Origin: Methanococcus maripaludis | GTDB taxonomy: Archaea; AGJL01; Methanococci; Methanococcales; Methanococcaceae | NCBI RefSeq assembly: GCF_002945325.1 | Contig: NZ_CP026606.1 | Span: 60,001 to 92,000, forward strand | Length of the DNA stretch: 32,000 bases | Direction of reading: 5' to 3' | In this document: positions 1 through 10,539 of the stretch, piece by piece | Layout of the letters: each line of letters starts with the position of its first letter | How positions within the stretch are numbered: position 1 is the first letter of the stretch | Notes under the pieces: model-generated | The model's database searches: none | Told to the model about the DNA's origin: nothing | Seen by the model: the letters and a program-made list of their open reading frames with translations, nothing else | Made by a program: the position numbers and the translations under genes

Positions 1-856
1 TAACTTCATTAATTTTTTTGGATTCATTTCCAAGTTCCTGAATTGCTTTTCCAAGGTTTTCGATAACATTGGTGATACTCTGCATTGTTTCAATTGCATT
101 TTCAACTTTTTTAACTCCCATTTCAGAGTTTTCTTCAATTTCAAATGCTGCAGTAACTGTATCATCTGCTGCATCGGTAACTGCCGAAGTAATTTCTGAT
201 GTAGCTTCAAGCTGGTCAGATACATCCTGTAATTTTGCAGATTGGTCAGCTGCCGCAGTTGCAACCTGACTTGCTGCATCCGCAACCTGTTCTGAAGTTT
301 CTTCAGCCCTTACAAGATCTTCTTTTGCTTTTAAAAGTTCAGCATTTAAATATTCAATCTGTTTTTTAAGGTCGTTTACCATTGTTGAGACATTTACTAT
401 TGCATTGTTTGTTGTTACTTGTAACGCATTATACTTTCTATTTGTGTCTGCCCTTATTGTGAAATCTCCCTGTTCTAAACTTTTAAATATTGTGTGGAGT
501 TCTGAAAATGTATTTGCAACATCTTTTTTGTAAGTTTTTAAAAAATTTTCGTCTTTTTTTAACTTTTCAAAGTTAGAAATTACTGTTTCAACCATTTCTT
601 CATCGCAATGTTTGTATTCTTTCCCAATTATTTTTGAAGAAGAATTTAAAAAATTTGTTACATTGTCAAGATATGTTTTTTTAAGAATTACATATCCAAT
701 TGCTGTAGAAATTACAATTGAAACAATAAACACTACGAATAATATATTTAAATTAAAAGATGAAGCCGCTATTAATGCATAAAAACTGACAAAAATGATT
801 GCCGAGGATAAAATTGCCGTAATTAATAATGGCACATAAGGTTTTTGCATTTTCAT
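1..856 (-). CDS. Methyl-accepting chemotaxis protein, 3' part beyond the window edge (partial)
   Basis: Continuous minus-strand reading frame absent from the ORF track because it is open at the window edge. N-terminus reads MKMQKPYVPLLITAILSSAIIFVSFYALIAA...NILFVVFIVSIVISTAIGYVILKK (TM segments), followed by Ala/Glu/Ser-rich coiled coil including AIQELGNESKKINEV, typical of an MCP signalling domain. Next to che genes. Confidence 0.85.
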   Translation of the reverse strand, partial: MKMQKPYVPLLITAILSSAIIFVSFYALIAASSFNLNILFVVFIVSIVISTAIGYVILKKTYLDNVTNFLNSSSKIIGKEYKHCDEEMVETVISNFEKLKKDENFLKTYKKDVANTFSELHTIFKSLEQGDFTIRADTNRKYNALQVTTNNAIVNVSTMVNDLKKQIEYLNAELLKAKEDLVRAEETSEQVADAASQVATAAADQSAKLQDVSDQLEATSEITSAVTDAADDTVTAAFEIEENSEMGVKKVENAIETMQSITNVIENLGKAIQELGNESKKINEV

Positions 857-872
857 ATCTATCACCGTATAA

Positions 873-1337
873 TTATATAGTTTTGAGTTCACTGCCAGTT
901 CTAACTAAAACACTGCCGTCTTTAAGTGATAATGTTATAGTTCGGCCTGTGTAGCCACCAAGATCTTCAGAGGCTATTCTTAAACCCATTTTTTTGACTT
1001 CTTGCCTCGAAGCTTCAATATTTTTTTTGCCAACATCTATCGTATTTGAATTACATTTAAACATTGCAGCGCCACCTGCAAGTTTGGTGGTTAATTTATC
1101 TTTTCTAGCGCCAAGTTTAGCCATTCTATTGATTAATTCGGGGATTGCAGTATTTGCATACTTTCCAGGATTTTTTTCTGATGAATTTCTGGATTTTGGA
1201 AGCATTACGTGCGCAACGCCACCAATTTTTTTGCCCCTATCGTAAAGTATGATTGCAACACATGAGCCTAACAGAGTTTCAATCGATTCAGGGTTTTTAG
1301 CAACGCCAATATCCCCCATTTTTACTTTTAAAACCAT
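873..1337 (-). CDS. cheD: Chemoreceptor glutamine deamidase CheD
   Basis: 154 aa ORF; [10 protein letters not shown]...GGVAHVMLP...N...GGAAMF motifs of CheD; lies between mcp and cheA. Confidence 0.95.
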   Translation of the reverse strand: MVLKVKMGDIGVAKNPESIETLLGSCVAIILYDRGKKIGGVAHVMLPKSRNSSEKNPGKYANTAIPELINRMAKLGARKDKLTTKLAGGAAMFKCNSNTIDVGKKNIEASRQEVKKMGLRIASEDLGGYTGRTITLSLKDGSVLVRTGSELKTI

Positions 1338-1347
1338 GCTGATCGTC

Positions 1348-4110
1348 CTAAATGTTGTTTAAATCTAATATCAACGCTACGCGACCATCCCCTAATATTG
1401 TAGCTCCAGCAAGTCCATTAATATTTTTAAGTATTCCTGTGAGTGGTTTTACAACTATTTCATCCCTTCCAATAACTTCATCAAGGATCATTCCAACTTT
1501 TCCTTTATTTTTCTCGACAACTACAACATAGAGGTCGTCGGAATCGGAAAATCCTGATGTATTCAATGCATCTTTCAGCCAGATTACAGGCAAGATATGG
1601 TTTCTGTAAATTATTGCTTCCTGCCCTTCTAAATTTTTAATCTGTTCTTTTTCAACTGAAATAACATCTAAAACGCTCGTCAATGGCAGTGCATAGATAT
1701 GCTCATTTAAGCGGATTAACAGGGTCTGTATGATTGCCATTGTTAATGGAAGATGCAGGGTTATTTCTGTACCTTTTCCAACTTCGGAATTTACTGTAAC
1801 GCTACCTCCAAGTGATTCAATTTTTGACCTTACAACGTCCATTCCTACGCCACGTCCGGAAACGTCGGATACAACTTCCGCGGTGCTGAATCCTGGAAGG
1901 AAGATAACATTAACAGCTTCGTTATCGGTTAATTTTTCAGCTTCTTCTTTTGAATAGAGTCCTTTTTCAAATGCTTTTTTACGCATTGCATCAGGGTCTA
2001 TTCCCTTACCATCATCCCTAATTATAATATTTACTCTATCTCTCTGTCTTGTTGCAATTAATTTTAAAATCCCTTTTTCAGGTTTTCCTAATTTTATTCT
2101 TTCATCTGCATGTTCAATACCGTGATCGAGAGAATTTCTAATCAGGTGAGTTAAAGGTTCTGCAAGTTCGTCGAGAACAGTTCTATCCAGTTCAATATCT
2201 GAACCCTCTATTTCAAAATCAATTTCTTTGTCGAGCGCTTTTGCAGTATCCCTTACGGTTCTTGGGAATCTATTGAATACAAATGCAACCGGGATCATCC
2301 TCATACCCATTACTTCTTCTTGAAGTTCTGTTGCAAGCATGTTGAGTCTTCCAACTGCATTATGGAGTTCTTTTAAATCGTATTTCGTAGCAATTTGGGT
2401 AAAGTTTGCTCGGTTTATTACAACCTCACCGACTAAATTCATCAATTTATCGAGTTTTTCAATGTTTACCCTTACAGTCTGCGACTTTTTAGATGAAGAA
2501 TTTTCAGCCTGTTTTTTTGAAGTAGCATCTACCGTATTTTTAATTTTTGTATTGTCCTTTGAATTATTGGTATTTTTTTGAACATTTACCAAAAATTCAG
2601 TTATTTCAGGAGTTTTTGAGATTATTTCTTTTATATCATCTTCTGATTCATCGCTATCGTAATAAATTGTAACTGTGTTTCCGCCGAGATTTCCTTCCTG
2701 TATTTTTTCTTCAGGAGGTTCGGTTTCCAAAACATTTCCTTTTTCCTTCAAATCTTTAATGACCATGTATGCTCTAACGGCTTTTAATAGACATTCTTCA
2801 TCTATTTTAATATTAATTTTGAATTTTGCAAGTGTTTCCAAACTTTTTTCTTTTTCTAGAACTTCTGCATCAGCAACTTGATTTACTGTTGTTTCAAGTT
2901 CAAATTTGACTTCTGTTGATACCACATATTCCATTTCACATACTGAATCTAAAATATCTATACTGTCCAAATCAGTTGAGATTAAAACATCCAGTTCTCT
3001 AGAACCACTTGATAAAAAGTTTTCTTCTGCAGGAACTGATGCTATTATGGTTCCAATTTCTTTTAATTTAGAAAGCACCATTGTTAACCGAACTGCTTTT
3101 AACAGGCAGTCTTCAACAACTTTTGATTTTACATGGTAAATTTTTTTATTTTCATTTATTTCAGAAATTAATTCTTTGGAAACTTCTTCTAAATTGAATA
3201 TGGTATGGTCCAAAATGATCTCTTTATCATCTACTGATTCGCCAACAGTTTCTGATAATGTAATTGAAATTTTTTCATTTAATTCTGAATAGTCGTAGTT
3301 AGAACTGGATCCTGTTTCAACTACTTTTGCAATCTGTTGCATTGTTGAAAGTGCTGATTTTAGAACTGAAAGTGAATTTTCAGTTATTGCAACAGTTTCA
3401 TTTAGCATTGCAGTTGAGAGTTCATCGATATTTTTTACAGTATCTTTTAATTCACTGTATTCGAGGGCATCAAGGATTGTTAGAAGTGCGGAAGCTGATT
3501 CATGCATTTGATTTAAAACACTGTCTAAGTTTTCAGGTTTTTCAACTACAAAATTATTAGATTGTCCTTCGATAAGTATGATTGAGGATTCATCTACTAA
3601 ATGGATAGAACCTGAATTGGACGAGATATTGTTAACAGTTTTTTCTTCAACCTGTTTTTTAGCAACTTCATTAGGATCACTACAATCTAAAGGATCTTCT
3701 TTAGGGTTTTCTCCAGAAAGATACTTCTCTTTAACAGATTTAATTACCTCAACGAGTGAATCCACATCAACACTTGTTGTATCTTCTCCATCGCTAACTT
3801 CTGAAACCATTGTTTCAAGAGCATCGAGGCATTTGAAGAGTAAATCAACTATTTCAGGATTTACTTTTATTTTTCCATCCCGGATGTAGTCCAAAATATC
3901 TTCCATGTGGTGAGTTAATGAGGATATATGTTCAAATCCCAGTGTTCTTGCTGACCCTTTCAACGTGTGTGCAGACCTGAAGATCATGTTGATAATTCTT
4001 TCAGAGTCTTCAGGGCAGTTTTCAAGTTCAACCATATTTTGATTTAATGATTGCAAATGTTCTTCCGCTTCAGTCATGAATAGTTCTTTATACTGTTCCA
4101 TATCGTCCAT
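1348..4110 (-). CDS. cheA: Chemotaxis histidine kinase CheA
   Basis: 920 aa; N-terminal HPt ([16 protein letters not shown], His48), dimerisation/H-box region, ATPase motifs ([43 protein letters not shown]), C-terminal CheW-like domain. Confidence 0.97.
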   Translation of the reverse strand: MDDMEQYKELFMTEAEEHLQSLNQNMVELENCPEDSERIINMIFRSAHTLKGSARTLGFEHISSLTHHMEDILDYIRDGKIKVNPEIVDLLFKCLDALETMVSEVSDGEDTTSVDVDSLVEVIKSVKEKYLSGENPKEDPLDCSDPNEVAKKQVEEKTVNNISSNSGSIHLVDESSIILIEGQSNNFVVEKPENLDSVLNQMHESASALLTILDALEYSELKDTVKNIDELSTAMLNETVAITENSLSVLKSALSTMQQIAKVVETGSSSNYDYSELNEKISITLSETVGESVDDKEIILDHTIFNLEEVSKELISEINENKKIYHVKSKVVEDCLLKAVRLTMVLSKLKEIGTIIASVPAEENFLSSGSRELDVLISTDLDSIDILDSVCEMEYVVSTEVKFELETTVNQVADAEVLEKEKSLETLAKFKINIKIDEECLLKAVRAYMVIKDLKEKGNVLETEPPEEKIQEGNLGGNTVTIYYDSDESEDDIKEIISKTPEITEFLVNVQKNTNNSKDNTKIKNTVDATSKKQAENSSSKKSQTVRVNIEKLDKLMNLVGEVVINRANFTQIATKYDLKELHNAVGRLNMLATELQEEVMGMRMIPVAFVFNRFPRTVRDTAKALDKEIDFEIEGSDIELDRTVLDELAEPLTHLIRNSLDHGIEHADERIKLGKPEKGILKLIATRQRDRVNIIIRDDGKGIDPDAMRKKAFEKGLYSKEEAEKLTDNEAVNVIFLPGFSTAEVVSDVSGRGVGMDVVRSKIESLGGSVTVNSEVGKGTEITLHLPLTMAIIQTLLIRLNEHIYALPLTSVLDVISVEKEQIKNLEGQEAIIYRNHILPVIWLKDALNTSGFSDSDDLYVVVVEKNKGKVGMILDEVIGRDEIVVKPLTGILKNINGLAGATILGDGRVALILDLNNI

Positions 4111-4114
4111 GGTA

Positions 4115-5212
4115 TCAGCCCCCTATTTTTTTGGCGAATTTAATGATTTCTAAAGGAATATCTATTGGATCCATAACTTTATCGACTACATTCATTTCGA
4201 TTGCTGTTTTGGGCATGCCGTAAATAACACATGTGTCTTGATTTTGTGCAATGGTATATCCGCCCTTATTTTTTACCATTTTTAGCCCGTTTGCACCATC
4301 TCTTCCGATACCTGTTAAAAGTACGCCAATTGTGTTTTTTCCATAATATTTTGTGACGTATTCGGCAGTTACATCCACGGTTGGTTTCGTTCCATGGATT
4401 TTTGGCATATTTTCATCAATTATGATGTATACATTGCCACCTCTTTTTTGAAGAACCATTTGGGAATCGCCTGGTGCAACGTAAGCATGGTCGGGTTTTA
4501 CAATTTCACCATGTTCTGCTTCTTTAACGGTAATTGCTGAATTATTGTTCATCCTTTCGGCAAAAACACGGGTAAATCCTTTAGGCATGTGTTGAACTAT
4601 AAAAATTGGAGGTGTGTTTTTAGGAATATTCGAAATTATGCTTGAAACCACTGGTGGCCCACCTGTTGAAGAGCCTATTAATATTGCAGTATCATTTAAT
4701 TTTTCAGGAGAAAGTCCAGAAGTTTTTTCAACCTGCGGTTTTGGAGTACTGCTTTCCGCCTGTTTTTCTTTTTTAATAGTTTCTAAAATTCGAGATGATT
4801 TAATTCTTACTTTAGATTTTGAAGCATTTTTAACCTGTTTAATTATTTTTTCCCCGATTTTTCTAATATCCAGTGAAACAGAACCTGAAGGCTTTTCTAT
4901 AAAATCAACTGCGCCATTATCCAGTGCTTTTAATGTAGCTTCTGAGCCCTGTTTTGTTACTGCGGAAAGCATGAGTATGGGGGTAGGTTTGTATGCCATG
5001 ATCTGTTTTGTAGCATCAATTCCATTCATGATCGGCATTTCAACATCCATGGTAATTACATTTGGTTCTAATTTTTTCACAAGCTCGAATGCTTCCTTTC
5101 CATCTTTTGCGGTAGCAACAACTTCTATTTCGTCATCGGATTTTAAAATGTCTTCTAAAACCTTCCTCATAAATGCTGAATCATCTACAATCAGAACCTT
5201 TATTTTACTCAT
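4115..5212 (-). CDS. cheB: Protein-glutamate methylesterase/response regulator CheB
   Basis: 365 aa; receiver domain (VLIVDDSAFMRK, DVEMPIMNG) plus methylesterase domain (IGSSTGGPP, VQHMPKGFTRVFAERMN, GIGRDGANG). Confidence 0.97.
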   Translation of the reverse strand: MSKIKVLIVDDSAFMRKVLEDILKSDDEIEVVATAKDGKEAFELVKKLEPNVITMDVEMPIMNGIDATKQIMAYKPTPILMLSAVTKQGSEATLKALDNGAVDFIEKPSGSVSLDIRKIGEKIIKQVKNASKSKVRIKSSRILETIKKEKQAESSTPKPQVEKTSGLSPEKLNDTAILIGSSTGGPPVVSSIISNIPKNTPPIFIVQHMPKGFTRVFAERMNNNSAITVKEAEHGEIVKPDHAYVAPGDSQMVLQKRGGNVYIIIDENMPKIHGTKPTVDVTAEYVTKYYGKNTIGVLLTGIGRDGANGLKMVKNKGGYTIAQNQDTCVIYGMPKTAIEMNVVDKVMDPIDIPLEIIKFAKKIGG

Positions 5213-5255
5213 GTTTTCACTTGTTTTTGGTAATTAGGGGATTTTTTTAGGTTAT

Positions 5256-5699
5256 TTAAAATTCTTGCGGGTCAATTAAATTTTTGATATCAAGAATAAT
5301 GATTAATCTATTTCCAATTTTTGCAATGCCTTCAATGTATTCTCCGCTTGCATTTTTCTTGATTCCTTCAATGTCTTCGATCTGTTCAGCTGAAATCTGC
5401 ATTACGTCACTTACGGAGTCGACCAATATTCCAATTGGAACGCCATCAATTTCTACAACCATTACAAGCTTTTCATCAACGCCTTCGTCGCCTAAATCTT
5501 CAAAAAGATTTAATTTTCTTCTTAGATCAATGATGGGCATTATTTCGCCACGAATGTTTGTAACTCCAACAATGTAATCAGGCGTATTTGGAATTGAAGT
5601 AATATCTTGCAATTTTAAAACTTCTCTCACACCAGTTACTCTTAAACAATATTCATTGCTTGCTAATTTGAAAACTACTACTTTTGGAACATCATCCAT
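5256..5699 (-). CDS. cheW: Chemotaxis coupling protein CheW
   Basis: 147 aa; CheW fold motifs (REVLKLQDITSIPNTPDYIVGVTNIRGEIMPIIDLR). Confidence 0.95.
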   Translation of the reverse strand: MDDVPKVVVFKLASNEYCLRVTGVREVLKLQDITSIPNTPDYIVGVTNIRGEIMPIIDLRRKLNLFEDLGDEGVDEKLVMVVEIDGVPIGILVDSVSDVMQISAEQIEDIEGIKKNASGEYIEGIAKIGNRLIIILDIKNLIDPQEF

Positions 5700-5709
5700 G
5701 CTAAAAACC

Positions 5710-6306
5710 TCATTTTAACCTATCTAATATATTATGAACAAGAATTATGCAGTGATCGGCATGTAATTCTAAAGGCGACAGCGATATTTTTTCTGCACCA
5801 AGTTCTTCCAAAAATTCTTCGTCCTTATCGCCAATTCCGATATGGTCGCCAAGTACGAATAAAAAATCTTCGTCATCTTTAAATTCAAAATCTTCAAGTG
5901 GTTTTCCGTTTAAGTGGAGGTAAAAAATTCGTTTTCCTTCATTTTTCTTTTCCAGAATAATATCTCTAAATTCACGTTTAGAAGAATATATTCCAGAAGT
6001 ACTTTCTTTCCAGAGTTCAGAAGCATCTTTTTCAAGTGCTTTTTTGATAAAAAGTGCAATACTCCTTTCATCAGGACTGACTCTTTTTAATTCACTTCCA
6101 ACGAATTTCAGTGCAACTGGAGGGTTTGGAGATCCATAGTTAACACTGTAAAAAATAGTATCTCTTCTCATATCGTGAGAAAGAAAAAATGCGCTGTTTA
6201 CACAGCGACATAGCAAATCCAATCTTCCAGAACTTCCTGGAAGATCTTTTAAGTTAATTTCACCATTAGTTACGGCTTTGTTAGCTTTAATTATAAATTC
6301 TTTCAA
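5710..6306 (-). CDS. trmY: tRNA (pseudouridine(54)-N(1))-methyltransferase TrmY family (DUF358)
   Basis: 198 aa; [29 protein letters not shown] and [10 protein letters not shown] motifs resembling the archaeal TrmY family. Confidence 0.85.
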   Translation of the reverse strand: MKEFIIKANKAVTNGEINLKDLPGSSGRLDLLCRCVNSAFFLSHDMRRDTIFYSVNYGSPNPPVALKFVGSELKRVSPDERSIALFIKKALEKDASELWKESTSGIYSSKREFRDIILEKKNEGKRIFYLHLNGKPLEDFEFKDDEDFLFVLGDHIGIGDKDEEFLEELGAEKISLSPLELHADHCIILVHNILDRLK

Positions 6307-6314
6307 AATTTCAC

Positions 6315-7127
6315 CTAATTAAGGTCTAAAACATCAAAAGTATTGTAAATACCTTCTTTCTTTTGAGCAACAAATTTAATTGCAAGGACTGCTCCTGAAA
6401 CGAGGGACTGTCTGCTGGTTACCCTGTGTGAAAGTTCAAGCCTTTCTCCTTCTGTTGTGAATATTACGCTGTGGTCTCCAACAATATCTCCGCCTCTTAA
6501 CGCGTGGATACAGATTTCTTCTTTTGTTCTTTCTCCAGTCATTCCTTCTCTTCCGTAGATTACGTTGGAGTCTCTGTTTAAGTTGTTTTGAATAATTTCA
6601 GCAGCTCTTAATGCAGTTCCGCTTGGTGCATCTTTTTTGAATTTGTGGTGCATTTCAAGAATTTCGATATCGTAATCCCCGAGTTTTTGTGCTAAAAGTT
6701 CAAGGGTTTTAAAGAATATATTTACACCAACTGCATAGTTTTGTGAAATGGTTGCAGCAACTTTGTTTTTTGAAATTGCATCTTCCATTTCAGCTCTCTG
6801 TTCAGGCGTAAATCCAGTAGTTCCAATAACTAAATTTACTCCAAGTTTGCTCGCTGTTTTTGCGGTTTGAACACAAGGCGCTGCTGCAGTAAAATCAACT
6901 AATACTTCTGCACCAGATTCTTTTAAAACAACTTCAAGTTCGTCTGAAGTACTTAAGGCTACACCAATTTTTCCAAGGCCCGTTAATTCCCCAACATCTT
7001 GACCTTTTTTTGGGTGATTTGGAATATCAATTGCTGCAACTACATCTAATCCATCAGTTTCAGTAATTGTTTTTATAATTCCACTTCCCATTCTACCGAG
7101 TGCTCCTGTAACTGCTACTTTAACCAT
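6315..7127 (-). CDS. dapB: 4-hydroxy-tetrahydrodipicolinate reductase
   Basis: 270 aa; [39 protein letters not shown], the classic DapB signature. Confidence 0.97.
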   Translation of the reverse strand: MVKVAVTGALGRMGSGIIKTITETDGLDVVAAIDIPNHPKKGQDVGELTGLGKIGVALSTSDELEVVLKESGAEVLVDFTAAAPCVQTAKTASKLGVNLVIGTTGFTPEQRAEMEDAISKNKVAATISQNYAVGVNIFFKTLELLAQKLGDYDIEILEMHHKFKKDAPSGTALRAAEIIQNNLNRDSNVIYGREGMTGERTKEEICIHALRGGDIVGDHSVIFTTEGERLELSHRVTSRQSLVSGAVLAIKFVAQKKEGIYNTFDVLDLN

Positions 7128-7135
7128 ATTTCCAC

Positions 7136-7801
7136 CTAAGCTTCCGCTTTTTCGTTAATATTGTCCATATAACTATCAATTTTACATTTTAAATTATCTA
7201 CAACACCAGAAGCTCTGTCTATATTTTCAGGAGTAAACTCTTTTAAAATATATTTTATGTCCTGCACTCCTTCGTAAATTTCCTGAAGAAGGTTTAAAAG
7301 TCCTGAAATTTTGACATCTTGGGCATCCAATGCGTCGATTATTTTTTCAGAATTGTTATCAATACTTGATAATACGTTATCGATTTCTGAAGTAATTACA
7401 TCTAATTTAGATGTCTGTTCATTATTTGAAGCTATTAATATATCCAGTTTATTATTAATTGATTCTAGTAAATTATTGTTTCCTTCAGAGCCTTTTTCAA
7501 TTTTTTCAATCGAAACCGCTGGTTTATCCATTGCGAGTTTGATTTTGTTGAAAATATTGTTCATCGAATTTTTTAGATTATAAGCAAGAGATTCAAAGTC
7601 CTCATTTTCAGGGTTATCATATTCAGACTCTGGAAAATCAGGTTCTTCGCACGTAAATTCTTCAGTATTATATAAATCTTCGGAATTTTCGTTATCATTA
7701 ATATTATTTTTAAAATCGCTATCTTGGTTTTGCTGATTTTCTTTTATTTTTTCGAATCGCTCAACGCTACTATCAAAAACTTCCATGATTATCGGCTCCA
7801 T
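7136..7801 (-). CDS. Hypothetical acidic protein with C-terminal coiled coil
   Basis: 221 aa complete ORF directly upstream of and co-oriented with dapB; acidic Asn/Glu-rich N-terminal half, then heptad-like pattern (LDILIASNNEQTSKLDVITSEIDNVLSSIDNNSEKIIDAL). An internal start at 7786 (MEVFDSS) is also possible. Confidence 0.75.
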   Translation of the reverse strand: MEPIIMEVFDSSVERFEKIKENQQNQDSDFKNNINDNENSEDLYNTEEFTCEEPDFPESEYDNPENEDFESLAYNLKNSMNNIFNKIKLAMDKPAVSIEKIEKGSEGNNNLLESINNKLDILIASNNEQTSKLDVITSEIDNVLSSIDNNSEKIIDALDAQDVKISGLLNLLQEIYEGVQDIKYILKEFTPENIDRASGVVDNLKCKIDSYMDNINEKAEA

Positions 7802-7899
7802 ATAATGTAAGAATTTTTTTGCCGATTATATACTATATTGTTTTTGTGTAGGTAATTATGTTTATTACTAAAAATTTACGTATTGTTCAAAAAATATTT

Positions 7900-8232
7900 T
7901 TATTTTTTTGCCGTTTTTATTGGAATTCTTGTAATACTGTTGCAATCAAGGCAGGTAATTACAACGTGCGGGTAATTTTTTGCTTTTGTTCTTACTCTTG
8001 CATTTTTACCATATATTAAAAAAGAACCGCAATTTTTACAAATCCTTCTTTTCCATTCTTTTGGATAGGGCATTCTCATTCGCATTGCAATTTTTTTGCC
8101 CAAAAGTACGTAATTTTTTGAACGCTCAGTTTTTCCAGAGTTTGATTCTTTTTCAGCCTGATTCATCAATATATTGATACGTTCTTCTGCAACTTTTTTT
8201 GACTTTTCTAGAAATTTCTTTTTTAGTTTCAT
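7900..8232 (-). CDS. rnp4: Ribonuclease P protein component 4 (Rpp21/Rpr2 family)
   Basis: 110 aa; RMRMPYPKEWKRRICKNCGSFLIYGKNARVR...ITCLDC zinc-binding pattern of archaeal Rpp21. Confidence 0.92.
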   Translation of the reverse strand: MKLKKKFLEKSKKVAEERINILMNQAEKESNSGKTERSKNYVLLGKKIAMRMRMPYPKEWKRRICKNCGSFLIYGKNARVRTKAKNYPHVVITCLDCNSITRIPIKTAKK

Positions 8233-8396
8233 GTTTTTCCCTTATAATAATTATAAAAAATCAAATAGAAATCTGGTAAAATTATATAAAAAGGAATGTA
8301 AAGAATAGAGATTTCTTACTAAAATTTATATTGTATGAAACCGAATATGATTTGCTAAAGAATTTGCTAAAGATTTTTTATAATTATGGTGAAACA

Positions 8397-9644
8397 GTGA
8401 GTAATGTTAAGGACATGAGTCTTGCTCCAAGTGGGCACCTGAAAATGGAATGGGCAAAACGACATATGCCTGTTCTTTGTCGTATAGCGGAAGAATTTAA
8501 AAACGATAAACCTTTTGAAGGACTTACAATTGGAATGGCACTGCATTTAGAAGCTAAAACTGCAATTTTAGCAGAAACACTCCTAAAAGGCGGTGCAAAA
8601 ATTGTGATTACCGGATGTAATCCACTTTCTACACAAGATGATGTTGCAGCAGCATGTGTTGAAAAAGGAATGGAAGTTTATGCATGGCGTGGAGAAACCA
8701 ACGAAGAATACTACGAAAATTTAAACAAGGTTCTCGATTCAAACCCTGATATCGTTATCGATGATGGTGCAGATTTAATATTTTTAATTCACACCGAAAG
8801 GACGGAATTAATCGGAAAAATAATGGGCGGTTGTGAAGAAACTACGACTGGAATAATTAGATTAAAATCAATGGCGGAAGAAGGAGCGTTAAAATTCCCT
8901 GTTGTAAATGTAAATGATGCTTATACAAAACACCTCTTTGATAACAGGTATGGAACAGGTCAAAGTGCAATGGACGGAATCATAAGAACTACAAACCTGT
9001 TAATTGCAGGTAAAAATGTTGTAGTTGGTGGATACGGCTGGTGCGGAAGAGGAGTTGCATCAAGAGCTGCAGGACATGGTGCAAATGTTATTATTACTGA
9101 AGTAAATCCTATTCGAGCATTAGAAGCTAAAATGGATGGATTTACAGTATTAAAAATGGAAGAAGCTGCAAAAATTGGAGATATTTTTGTAACAACAACT
9201 GGCTGTAAAGATATTTTAAGAATGGAACACTTTTTATTAATGAAAGATGGCGCTGTTTTATCAAATGCTGGACATTTCGACAATGAAATTAATAAAAATG
9301 ATCTAAAAGAACTTTCAAAATCCGTAAAAGAAGTAAGATTCAATATTGAAGAATACGACCTTGGAAATAAAAAGATATACTTGCTTGGTGAAGGAAGACT
9401 TGTAAATCTTGCATGTGCAGATGGACACCCTTGTGAAGTAATGGACATGAGTTTTGCAAATCAGGCATTAAGTGCAAAATTCATTAAAGAAAACAAGGGA
9501 AAACTTGAAAATGAGGTATACGAAATACCTTATGAGCAAGATTTTAAAATTGCACTTTTAAAATTACATTCAATGGGTGCAGATATTGATGAACTCTCTC
9601 CTGAACAGAGAAAGTATTTAAGCGACTGGAAAGAAGGAACTTAA
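8397..9644 (+). CDS. Adenosylhomocysteinase family protein (probably S-inosylhomocysteine hydrolase in methanogens)
   Basis: 415 aa from a GTG start at 8397 preceded by GGTGA. SAH hydrolase motifs (DDGADL, EETTTG, YGWCGRG, HFDNEI). The track starts at TTG 8331, 22 codons upstream without a clear SD. Confidence 0.93.
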   Translation: MSNVKDMSLAPSGHLKMEWAKRHMPVLCRIAEEFKNDKPFEGLTIGMALHLEAKTAILAETLLKGGAKIVITGCNPLSTQDDVAAACVEKGMEVYAWRGETNEEYYENLNKVLDSNPDIVIDDGADLIFLIHTERTELIGKIMGGCEETTTGIIRLKSMAEEGALKFPVVNVNDAYTKHLFDNRYGTGQSAMDGIIRTTNLLIAGKNVVVGGYGWCGRGVASRAAGHGANVIITEVNPIRALEAKMDGFTVLKMEEAAKIGDIFVTTTGCKDILRMEHFLLMKDGAVLSNAGHFDNEINKNDLKELSKSVKEVRFNIEEYDLGNKKIYLLGEGRLVNLACADGHPCEVMDMSFANQALSAKFIKENKGKLENEVYEIPYEQDFKIALLKLHSMGADIDELSPEQRKYLSDWKEGT

Positions 9645-9675
9645 ATTTTTAATTTAACTTTTTTTAGTGATTATT

Positions 9676-10443
9676 ATGGAAAAACCAGTTATGTGTAAAA
9701 TAATTGATGTAATAGACGAAAGTCCAACAGTAAAAACTTTTTTACTCGACAATGAGTTTGATTTTAAACCTGGCCAGTTTGCAATGGTGTGGCTTCCTGA
9801 AATTGATGAAAAACCATTCGGATTTTCAAGTAAAAATTCAATCAGTATTGCAAAGGTAGGTAAATTTACTGAAAAAATTCACTCGTTAAAAAAAGGAGAC
9901 CTTTTGGGGATAAGGGGCCCTTATGGAAATAATTTTGAGTGTATCGGCACTAAAATTCTTGCAGTTGCAGGCGGAATTGGAAGTGCTCCAGTTATTTCAG
10001 CAGTTGAAGCGTTTTCTAAATTGGGTGTTGAAATCACTTCGGTTATTGGGGGAAGAACCAAAGATGAACTTTTATTTTTGGATAGATTTGAAAAATGCGG
10101 GAAAACTTTTGCGTGCACAGATGACTGCAGTTTTGGATTTGGTGGATTTACAACTGAAAAAATGTTAGAATTACTTTTGGAAGAAAAATTTGACATGGTA
10201 ATTACGTGCGGTCCAGAAATAATGATGAAAAAAGTTGTAGAGATTGCAGAACAAAATAATATTCCAATCCAAGTTTCACTTGAAAGATACATGAAATGTG
10301 GAATTGGAATTTGTGGCCAGTGTGCTGTTGATGATGAAGGACTCTGTGTCTGTAAAGATGGCCCTGTATTTTGGAGCGATAAACTTAAGTTTGTAAGTGA
10401 ATTTGGAAAATACAAAAGAGACGCAAGCGGTGCTATTTTATAA
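9676..10443 (+). CDS. pyrK: Dihydroorotate dehydrogenase electron transfer subunit
   Basis: FAD/NAD-binding (RGPYG, AVAGGIGSAPV) plus C-terminal 2Fe-2S cysteines (CGIGICGQCAVDDEGLCVCKDGPVF). Track ORF starts at GTG 9667; ATG at 9676 seems more likely. Confidence 0.92.
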   Translation: MEKPVMCKIIDVIDESPTVKTFLLDNEFDFKPGQFAMVWLPEIDEKPFGFSSKNSISIAKVGKFTEKIHSLKKGDLLGIRGPYGNNFECIGTKILAVAGGIGSAPVISAVEAFSKLGVEITSVIGGRTKDELLFLDRFEKCGKTFACTDDCSFGFGGFTTEKMLELLLEEKFDMVITCGPEIMMKKVVEIAEQNNIPIQVSLERYMKCGIGICGQCAVDDEGLCVCKDGPVFWSDKLKFVSEFGKYKRDASGAIL

Positions 10444-10539
10444 TAAATCTGCAATCGAGGATTAAGTATTTAAACTACATATATTAAGAAATATTAATAT
10501 TAATAAAAATTACTTTTTTAAAGATAAATGTGAGTAGAA

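Noticed and set aside
69-3889. Plus-strand ORFs (for example 69..269, 994..1245, 1730..1957, 2339..2581, 3327..3560, 3578..3889) opposite the mcp/che genes
   Set aside because: They are antisense shadows of well-supported minus-strand coding genes, low-complexity, and lack convincing SD sites or recognisable motifs.
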